DNA of 32,000 bases, taken from NCBI RefSeq assembly GCF_003044035.1, contig NZ_NVQC01000016.1, positions 1 through 32,000 on the forward strand, in the 5' to 3' direction. Shown piece by piece: positions 17,862 through 23,691 of the stretch. Origin of the DNA: Candidatus Methylomirabilis limnetica. Its GTDB lineage: Bacteria; Methylomirabilota; Methylomirabilia; Methylomirabilales; Methylomirabilaceae. The translations under genes were made by a program, and so were the position numbers. Positions within the stretch are counted from its first letter, which is position 1, and each line of letters starts with the position of its first letter. The notes beneath the pieces are model-generated. The model saw only the letters and a program-made list of their open reading frames with translations. It made no database searches and had not been told where the DNA came from.

Positions 17862-18313
17862 ATTCCTTAGGATATAGCATTCAACTGTAGGTCGGGTTAG
17901 CGCAGCGTAATCCTACACCACTCGGCTGACCGCTATTTTCTAAGGAACAGCCCATGTGCCACCGGCACACCACGGCGTACGAAAAGGCAACTTCACCCAC
18001 CATCCTCACCTTCCCCCCCGGATCGAGTCCGGGGCAGGCTCTCATGGGTGGGAAGGGACCTCTTACGCGGACTCCTCCCCCCTCGGAGGGGGAGGATACG
18101 GGTGGGGGGGATTTTCTAAGGAAGACAGCAGTTCGCCATGGGCGTGTCGAAGGGTGAAGTAGGTCGGGTTAGCGTAGCGTAACCCGACACCACTCGGCTG
18201 ACCGCTCTCTCAGAATGGCATTTTCGTGAGCCGTGGTGCGGCTGCGGCCGCATGAGGTGTTCCTTCTTCCGCCTGGTACTGAAAGCTGATCGCTGACGGC
18301 TGAAAGCTGACAG
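17862..18313. repeat. Cluster of intergenic structured repeats (families R1, R2 and a heptamer array)
   Basis: - R1 (GTAGGTCGGGTTAGCGYAGCGTAA...ACCACTCGGCTGACCGCT) at 17887-17934 and 18159-18240.
- C-run/G-run palindrome TCCTCCCCCCTCGGAGGGGGAGGA at 18073-18096.
- GGGGGGGATTTTCTAAGG at 18104-18121.
- Five CTGAnnG heptamers at 18279-18313. Confidence 0.85.
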
Positions 18314-18341
18314 CTTCCAGGGAGCCACATGGGAGGATCGA

Positions 18342-18611
18342 TTGGCTAAACGAAGTGACAGCGTAGTCGTGTTGTTGGTGATCCTCATATTGGGGGCATT
18401 GATAGGCACCGTGATAGGAGAGGTGATCGCCACCATAGCGCCCGGCGGGACACTGGAAAAGATCTTCAGCAAGGGGATCCATCCCGGTCTCTCCCCGCCC
18501 GCAACCCTCGACCTGAAGATACTGAGCATTTCCTTCGGTTTCACCGTGAAGATCAATCTCTCAAGCCTGCTGGGCATCGGCCTGGCCTTCTTGGTCTATC
18601 GGAAGCTGTGA
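18342..18611 (+). CDS. DUF4321 small membrane protein
   Basis: 89 aa with N- and C-terminal TM helices and the central segment LDLKILSISFGFTVKINLSSLLG. It has the typical position upstream of maf and overlaps the maf start. Confidence 0.7.
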   Translation: MAKRSDSVVVLLVILILGALIGTVIGEVIATIAPGGTLEKIFSKGIHPGLSPPATLDLKILSISFGFTVKINLSSLLGIGLAFLVYRKL

Positions 18612-19192
18612 TTATCCTGGCCTCTGCTTCGCCCCGGCGAGAGACGCTGCTACAGGCGCTGTGGGTCGAGTACCGAGTCATCCCAAGCTTAGTTTCCGAA
18701 GCGGGTCCGCTTCCCGGGACGACGACGGCATCCCACGCCGAAAGCCTAGCTCTTCTAAAGGCGGCCGAGGTGGCAGCTCGGGTGGGGGAGGGGTTGGTCC
18801 TTGGTGCCGACACCATCGTCGAATGTGACGGTCGCCTCCTGGGTAAGCCGAAAGATCAAGGCGAGGCCCGCGGGTTTCTACGCCTGTTGAGCGGTCGGAG
18901 TCATCTCGTGGTGACCGGCCTCGCCCTCGTGGAGATCAGCGATGGTAGAACCGAGGTAGGACACGAGGTGACCGAGGTGCGGATGCGCGCTTTGACGAGC
19001 GAGGAGATTGACGCCTACGTGCAGACGGGCGAACCGTTAGATAAGGCCGGTGGCTACGCGATCCAGGGTGCTGCCGGGACCTTCATCGAGGGGATCAAAG
19101 GAAGCTTTACAAACGTGGTCGGACTCCCACTCGGCAGGCTACGAACCCTGCTTCTGCGTTTTGGCATCGATCCGCTCCATCGGCAGGTCTGA
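18608..19192 (+). CDS. maf: Maf-like nucleoside triphosphate pyrophosphatase
   Basis: Contains IILASASPRR, GADTIV, GKP and KAGGYAIQG. Confidence 0.9.
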   Translation: MIILASASPRRETLLQALWVEYRVIPSLVSEAGPLPGTTTASHAESLALLKAAEVAARVGEGLVLGADTIVECDGRLLGKPKDQGEARGFLRLLSGRSHLVVTGLALVEISDGRTEVGHEVTEVRMRALTSEEIDAYVQTGEPLDKAGGYAIQGAAGTFIEGIKGSFTNVVGLPLGRLRTLLLRFGIDPLHRQV

Positions 19193-19201
19193 GGGCAGAC
19201 T

Positions 19202-19545
19202 TTAGCGAACAGCCATCAGGAGTTGGCAGCCGTGCTCGGGCCAAGCCCATAGGCCCTCCGCCCCGCACGTGAGTATAGACCATCGTTGTGCTGACGTCTG
19301 CGTGCCGAGAAGTTTCTGGACCGTGCGAATGCCACACCCGCCCGCTTCGACTACACCCCGTTTGACCGCATGCCACCCCCGAATCTCGTAGAGGTGATGG
19401 CGCCGCCGGCCGCCGCCACTCATCGATACCCAGGTCTTCGAATACCCGCAAGTACCCCGCCAACCACCAGAGATCCGGGTTGAAGGGGGCCACATGCCCA
19501 CGCCTGAAGTGTCGGATATCATCGTCCGCATTGCCCAGTAAGTCC
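19202..19545 (-). pseudogene. intI: Integron-integrase-type tyrosine recombinase: C-terminal remnant with frameshifts and an internal deletion
   Basis: Minus-strand frames give ...GGRRRHHLYEIRGWHAVKRGVVEAG-[box II region missing]-GIRTVQKLLG, then in another frame HADVSTTMVYTHVRGGGP. The RRHH..E...AVKRAV..AG and DIRTVQ.LLGH.DV.TTMIYTHV patterns are those of IntI. The N-terminal two-thirds or so is absent. Confidence 0.65.
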
Positions 19546-19557
19546 CCTGGCCTCAGC

Positions 19558-19611
19558 GTAGGGGCGACCCTTGTGGTCGCCCAATCCGGGCAGGCACAAG
19601 GCCTGCCCCTA
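19558..19611. repeat. Cloverleaf-like palindromic element
   Basis: An outer stem GTAGGGGC/GCCCCTAC encloses two hairpins: GCGACC-cttgt-GGTCGC and GGGCAGGC-acaa-GCCTGCCC. It sits exactly where the intI homology stops. Confidence 0.75.
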
Positions 19612-19692
19612 CAAAGGGGAGGAGGATGGAGGGTGCACGCTACCAACTTTCATGCCCATGGGCGCACCGCAGGCGCATGGGGTATTGCTTCG

Positions 19693-19757
19693 AAAGTCCC
19701 CCCTCAACTTTCCCTTCCCCCCTGGGGGGGGAAGGGGGGGGGGGGGGGGGGGACTTT
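19693..19757. repeat. Nested palindrome containing G8 and G19 homopolymer runs
   Basis: AAAGTCCCCCC (19693-19703) pairs with GGGGGGACTTT (19747-19757). Inside, CCCTTCCCCCC pairs with GGGGGGGGAAGGG. The runs are 8 G at 19724-19731 and 19 G at 19734-19752. Confidence 0.85.
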
Positions 19758-19886
19758 AGGGTCAATGACACACCCCTATCTCTTTGTTTTTACGTCACTA
19801 GTATCGTATTGCATTTTATGCATCACTATCGTAGAGTCCGTCCAAGAAGTGTCGGCTAATATCTGTTGTGCGGAAATGTGAAACAC

Positions 19887-20180
19887 ATGAATCAGCAACT
19901 CGTTAACGCCATCCGGAACAGGAAGATGATCGAGTTCGATTGCGGAGGTCATCACCGTGTAGCGGAGCCACACGTGTATGGACGCAACGGTGGTGCCGAG
20001 CAACTCTTGGTCCACCAAGTTGGAGGCGGTAGCTCGTCCGGGGGGCTTCCTGAGTGGAGACGTGTAGATGTTCCCCGAATGAGTGGATTGGTCACCCTGG
20101 ACGACACCTTTCCTGGACCTAGGCCGAGTCCGTCTGGGCAACACAGCAGATGGGATGAGACCTATGAGATCGTGATATGA
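19887..20180 (+). CDS. Cassette 1: small WYL/Sm-like beta-barrel-type hypothetical protein
   Basis: MNQQLVNAIRNRKMIEFDCGGHHRVAEPHVYG...GLPEWRRVDVPRMSGLVTLDDTF resembles short WYL-like proteins. The family assignment is tentative. The ORF starts 16 nt after a GTTGTGC core. Confidence 0.5.
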   Translation: MNQQLVNAIRNRKMIEFDCGGHHRVAEPHVYGRNGGAEQLLVHQVGGGSSSGGLPEWRRVDVPRMSGLVTLDDTFPGPRPSPSGQHSRWDETYEIVI

Positions 20181-20190
20181 CCTTTGGGCA

Positions 20191-20263
20191 CTCTAACAGG
20201 GCGCTGCACGCGACGGCCTTGTTGGTGATTGTGAGCGGCCGCGCGTGAGCGCTGACGTTCAGC
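20191..20263 (+). other. Candidate attC site 1
   Basis: CTCTAAC ... GTTCAGC. The arms pair as AAC/GTT, GCGCT/AGCGC and CACGCG/CGCGTG, with one unpaired G in the left arm. The next ORF starts 10 nt downstream. Confidence 0.5.
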
Positions 20264-20272
20264 GATGAGATC

Positions 20273-20620
20273 ATGAAACGAATCTGGATACCGCAAGTCG
20301 TCACGAGCGCGATGCTGCTATGGGCGCTCAGCCCGGACAATCCCTACGGATATTACATCCTTCTGCGTTGGGTGTGCTGTGCTGTCTTTGCCTATCTCGC
20401 GATTCAGGCGCTTGCCCAAGGGAAGCAGGGTTGGGTATGGGTTCTCGGCGTTACCGCGGTGGTTTACAATCCCATCATCCGAGTTCACCTGACAAGGCAG
20501 ATTTGGTCAGTCATCAATGTGACCACCATAGTAGTAGCTGTGGCGTCGATCTTCGCTCTGAAAGACGAGTGTGGAAGGAAAGAATCATCGAACAAGACGG
20601 CTGCAGGCGACTCGCAATAG
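20273..20620 (+). CDS. Cassette 2a: small multi-TM membrane protein (DUF6804-like; assignment tentative)
   Basis: 115 aa. Contains NPYGYYILLRWVCCAVFAYLA...VYNPIIRVHLTRQIWSVINV and 3-4 hydrophobic helices. Confidence 0.55.
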   Translation: MKRIWIPQVVTSAMLLWALSPDNPYGYYILLRWVCCAVFAYLAIQALAQGKQGWVWVLGVTAVVYNPIIRVHLTRQIWSVINVTTIVVAVASIFALKDECGRKESSNKTAAGDSQ

Positions 20621-20664
20621 CTCGCGCCTAATCCGCAACGTTATCCATGCAAGGGAGAGCGACC

Positions 20665-21231
20665 GTGAAGATAATCATGACCTCATTGTTGCTGTTCCTG
20701 TTCGCGTTCGGGATAGGCGCCGCCGTCCATGCGCAAGGCATCGAATGGGAGACGCTCAATGATGAGGCCACCTCGCTGTACAAGCAAGGACACTATGACC
20801 GCGCGGTGGTCGTGGCGAAAAAGGCCTTGGCGGTCGCCGAGGAAGCGGTTGGGCGCGATCATCCCGCTGTGGCCACGAGCTTAAATAACCTCGCTTTGCT
20901 GTACAAGACCCAAGGCCAGTACGCGCAGGCTGAGCCGCTCTACAGGCGCTCACTGGCGATTTATGAGAAGGCCCTCGGCCCGAATCATCCTGCTGTCGCC
21001 ACGAGCCTGAACAACCTCGCAGAGATCTACCACACCCAAGGCCAGTACGCGCAGGCTGAGCCGCTCTACAGGCGCTCACTGGCGATCCGGGAGAAGGCCC
21101 TCGGCCCGAATCATCCCGATGTGGCCATAAGCCTTGAGAATATGGCGGCGCTCTTTCGAAAAACCGGCCGGGAAAAGGAAGCAGAGGTACTAGAGAAGCG
21201 AGCCGCAGACATCCGGGCAATAAAGCGATGA
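20665..21231 (+). CDS. Cassette 2b: exported tetratricopeptide-repeat protein (TPR_12-type units)
   Basis: GTG at 20665 with AAGGGAG upstream. Signal peptide VKIIMTSLLLFLFAFGIGAAVHA. Repeated HPxVATSLNNLAxLYxTQGQYAQAEPLYRRSLAI units. Confidence 0.8.
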   Translation: MKIIMTSLLLFLFAFGIGAAVHAQGIEWETLNDEATSLYKQGHYDRAVVVAKKALAVAEEAVGRDHPAVATSLNNLALLYKTQGQYAQAEPLYRRSLAIYEKALGPNHPAVATSLNNLAEIYHTQGQYAQAEPLYRRSLAIREKALGPNHPDVAISLENMAALFRKTGREKEAEVLEKRAADIRAIKR

Positions 21232-21239
21232 AATCAAAT

Positions 21240-21310
21240 GGCCAACAAGACACTGCACCTGATGGCAATTTCGCTACGCTCCATTGCCGCTGGTGAGCTT
21301 GGTGTTAGAC
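21240..21310 (+). other. Candidate attC site 2
   Basis: GGCCAAC ... GTTAGAC, where the right core is a perfect GTTRRRY. Stems are AACA/TGTT, CACC/GGTG and GGCAAT/ATTGCC around a 13-nt loop. Confidence 0.55.
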
Positions 21311-21327
21311 CGATTCATGGATAGTTG

Positions 21328-21957
21328 ATGCAACAAGGGGACGTGACCGCCAGGCGGTTTACGGAGCTTGAACGCCAGATGGCGAGAGTCCAACCCTCGG
21401 GTAACAGCCCCAGCGGGGAGTGGTATGAGTGGGCGACCAGCGTCCTCAATCTACTCCAGCGAGCCTTTGGCGCAGAATCGGCTCACCTTCAGAACTTTCA
21501 GCGTGTCTACAACAACTTCACAGGCTGGGGGTCCGACGTTGAGGCCGCAAAGGGAGTGTTCCGTGCCGCAAAGACTGATTATGACGGTGGCTACATCTTC
21601 AATCTCGAGACGGCCATCTCTGGTGAGATTTTCGGAGATTTCGTCGGCTTGGCAAAGCGCTCTCTGGCCGAAGGCCACAAGGATGTTGCAGCCGTTCTCG
21701 CCTGTGCTGCCCTCGAGGATGTCCTCAAACGTTTTGCCGCCCGGCATCGAATCGATACTGCCGATCGATCCATGCAGGACGTCGTCAACGCTCTCAAAGC
21801 AAAGGGCCTGGTAGGTGGCGCCCAGAAGACTCTTCTCGGCACGATGCCAAAGATCAGGGACTACGCAATGCATGCGGAATGGACAAAGATCGATCCCGCT
21901 GATGTAAGCAGCGTGATCGGTTTCGTCGAGCAATTTCTGATCTCTCACTTCTCGTAA
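21328..21957 (+). CDS. Cassette 3: HEPN-superfamily (DUF4145-like) protein with an Rx4H motif
   Basis: The C-terminal domain, AVLACAALEDVLKRF...LKAKGLVGGAQKTLLGTMPKIRDYAMHAEW, matches the DUF4145/HEPN layout, with R-DYAM-H as the Rx4H motif. I did not recognise the N-terminal ~110 aa. Confidence 0.6.
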   Translation: MQQGDVTARRFTELERQMARVQPSGNSPSGEWYEWATSVLNLLQRAFGAESAHLQNFQRVYNNFTGWGSDVEAAKGVFRAAKTDYDGGYIFNLETAISGEIFGDFVGLAKRSLAEGHKDVAAVLACAALEDVLKRFAARHRIDTADRSMQDVVNALKAKGLVGGAQKTLLGTMPKIRDYAMHAEWTKIDPADVSSVIGFVEQFLISHFS

Positions 21958-22027
21958 CAGCAGATAGCAGATCACTCCAGCGACTGGCACAAAAAGCCGT
22001 GCCAGTCGCTGAGCTTTGTCGTTCGAC
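21952..22027 (+). other. Candidate attC site 3
   Basis: TCGTAAC (overlapping the TAA stop) ... GTTCGAC, with a perfect 13-bp hairpin CAGCGACTGGCAC/GTGCCAGTCGCTG (21978-21990 and 21999-22011). Confidence 0.5.
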
Positions 22028-22064
22028 CCCGCCTGCGCAGGTGTCGTGGTGGAGTGAATGATCG

Positions 22065-22093
22065 TTGACAAGTTGTAATCGTTCGATTACAAT
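22065..22093 (+). promoter_or_regulatory. Cassette-internal sigma70 promoter with an overlapping operator palindrome
   Basis: TTGACA (22065-22070), a 17-nt spacer, then TACAAT (22088-22093). The 20-bp palindrome TTGTAATCGTTCGATTACAA (22073-22092) spans the spacer and the -10. An ATG at 22100 lies 6 nt after the -10. Confidence 0.6.
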
Positions 22094-22134
22094 CTTCCCA
22101 TGTTCTTGATCAAACCCATGCCCGAATTTACCGA

Positions 22135-22392
22135 ATGGCTGGACGTCTGTCCGATGCGTCGGTGCGCGGGGTGGTTGCGGCGCGCATCAAGCGCCTGGAG
22201 CGCGGCTTGATGGGGGACGTGGAGCCGGTTGGCGACGGGGTGTCAGAGATGCGCATTCATGTCGGCGCGGGCTGGCGCATGTATTTCGCGCAGCGTGGCG
22301 GTCAGTTGATTGTATTGCTCGTTGGCGGCTCCAAGCGTACCCAGAAGACTGACATCAAGCGCGCCAAGGCATTGGCGGCGCTATTGGATTGA
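22135..22392 (+). CDS. Cassette 4: addiction-module killer protein (RelE/ParE superfamily), possibly 5'-frameshifted
   Basis: GDVEPVGDGVSEMRIHVGAGWRMYFAQRGGQLIVLLVGGSKRTQKTDIKRAKAL matches the killer-protein family. The expected N-terminus (MFLIKPMPEFTEWLD) lies in a different frame, starting at 22100. Confidence 0.7.
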   Translation: MAGRLSDASVRGVVAARIKRLERGLMGDVEPVGDGVSEMRIHVGAGWRMYFAQRGGQLIVLLVGGSKRTQKTDIKRAKALAALLD

Positions 22393-22407
22393 GTGAAGGA
22401 GATGACC

Positions 22408-22713
22408 ATGCCCCAACGTATCAAGGTGGCTGACTTGCCCGAGTTTGATGCCGCGCCGTATCTCGACAGCGAGGCGGCAGTTGCGGCGTACCTGACGGAT
22501 ATTCTAGAAGCGAACGATTCGTCTTTGCTGGCGTCGGCCTTGGGAGACATCGCTCGGGCGCGTGGCATGAGTGAGATTGCCAAGGCATCGGGACTGACCC
22601 GCGAAGCCTTGTACAAGGCGCTCAGACCCAATGCAAAGCCGCGCTACGACACCATCGCGAAAGTCTGTGGGGCGCTGGGGGTGCGGCTGGTGGCACAGGC
22701 GATTCATGCTTGA
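22408..22713 (+). CDS. Cassette 4: addiction-module antidote protein (HigA-type HTH antitoxin)
   Basis: FDAAPYLDSEAAVAAYLTDILEAND...IARARGMSEIAKASGLTREALYKALRPNAKPRYDTIAKVCGALGVRL. GAAGGAG lies 6 nt before the ATG at 22408. Confidence 0.8.
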   Translation: MPQRIKVADLPEFDAAPYLDSEAAVAAYLTDILEANDSSLLASALGDIARARGMSEIAKASGLTREALYKALRPNAKPRYDTIAKVCGALGVRLVAQAIHA

Positions 22714-22729
22714 GTCTCCAAAGTCTGAG

Positions 22730-22971
22730 CGGTCGGGGAGATAGGTAACAAAACAGTCCGGGGACATAGGTTACACTTTGTGGCGTGCTAATCTACCATA
22801 TTCATCCTTGATGCGCATATGTCGTTCATGGAGCCGGCCGAGTTTCAGCGGGCCGGTGTAGTAGACGTTCCAAATGCCATCGTCGATTTTTTCCAGGCCA
22901 ACATACTCCCCTACGGGTTGGAGATGCTTCGCATTTCTCCCCCGCCTGCGCTAACCTGACCGCCGCTCAGC
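22730..22971 (-). mobile_element. Copy 1 of a ~240-bp repeat carrying the 3' tail of an rve-type (IS481/IS3-like) transposase gene
   Basis: The minus frame reads GEYVGLEKIDDGIWNVYYTGPLKLGRLHERHMRIKDEYGRLARHKV*, followed by PMSPDCFVTYLPD. There is a stop immediately upstream and no catalytic domain. Copy 2 lies at 24427-24665. Confidence 0.5.
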
Positions 22972-23013
22972 TTGAACATCGGTTCGACATCAGATCCTCC
23001 GCGGCCGTTAGAG
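22949..23013 (+). other. Candidate attC site 4
   Basis: GCGCTAAC ... GTTAGAG, with CTAAC..C.GCCGC pairing to GCGGC.C.GTTAG. The left arm belongs to the ~240-bp repeat. Confidence 0.45.
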
Positions 23014-23016
23014 TGA

Positions 23017-23045
23017 TTGACACCGCCCCTATGTGTTGGTATTCT
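23017..23045 (+). promoter_or_regulatory. Cassette-internal sigma70 promoter
   Basis: TTGACA (23017-23022), a 17-nt spacer, then TATTCT (23040-23045). The ATG at 23053 lies 7 nt after the -10, which suggests a leaderless mRNA. Confidence 0.5.
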
Positions 23046-23052
23046 CTCCAAC

Positions 23053-23349
23053 ATGAAGGCAGTGCCCCTGCTTCACCGCCGAGTAGTTGTTGCCGTCGAC
23101 GCATTCGTCGAGGTGGTGATTTGGCAAGTTCCGGAACCGGTTCCGCCGTCGACGCATGAATTGAAGTACCGGCTGGCCTATGTCGTTGGTGGGAAATGCG
23201 TGTTGCGTTACGACAACGAACGAGGAACAGGTGATCACCGACACACCGAAGCAGCCCAAGAGCCTTACAACTTTTCTACGCCGGATCAACTGATGACCGA
23301 TTTCGAATCGGACGTGGCGAGGTGGAATCATGAACACGGTCGTTCTTGA
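23053..23349 (+). CDS. Cassette 5: DUF6516/TumE-like putative toxin
   Basis: AFVEVVIWQVPEPVPPSTHELKYRLAYVVGGKCVLRYDNERGTGDHRHTEAAQEPYNF, including the conserved YDNE.G.GDHRH core. Confidence 0.6.
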   Translation: MKAVPLLHRRVVVAVDAFVEVVIWQVPEPVPPSTHELKYRLAYVVGGKCVLRYDNERGTGDHRHTEAAQEPYNFSTPDQLMTDFESDVARWNHEHGRS

Positions 23350-23677
23350 AGTTCGGTCTCTCAAAGGCACGTTGGCCGATGCCGCAAGTACAATGAAAAC
23401 TAGGCGCGCGGAGCGCGAGGCGCGCATCAGCTTCGCGACACCGGAACTGCTCTGGGAGGTGCTGACGGCCAAGCGGTGGGGACTTCTCAAAGCCCTTTGT
23501 GGGGCCGGCCCCGTATCGATCCGCGAGGCCGCGCGTCGGGTTGGGCGCGATGTGAAAGCCGTCCATGGCGACGTGACAGCACTCCTGGAGGCTGGGGTGC
23601 TGAGCCGCGTACCCGATGGGCGCATCGAGTTTCCGTTCGACGCTGTGAAAGTAGAGTTCCTACTGCGAGCGGCATAA
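23330..23677 (+). CDS. Cassette 5: winged-HTH DNA-binding partner (putative antitoxin/regulator)
   Basis: It overlaps the upstream gene by 20 nt. ISFATPELLWEVLTAKRWGLLKALCGAGPVSIREAARRVGRDVKAVHGDVTALLEAGVL is typical of the HTH partner of DUF6516 proteins. Confidence 0.6.
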   Translation: MNTVVLEVRSLKGTLADAASTMKTRRAEREARISFATPELLWEVLTAKRWGLLKALCGAGPVSIREAARRVGRDVKAVHGDVTALLEAGVLSRVPDGRIEFPFDAVKVEFLLRAA

Positions 23678-23691
23678 GCCGGAGGCGGCTG

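Noticed and set aside
17954-18162. Two ~67-aa ORFs in the cobA-DUF4321 spacer
   Set aside because: They are translations of the C-run/G-run and R1 repeats (Pro/Gly-rich), so they are repeat artefacts rather than genes.
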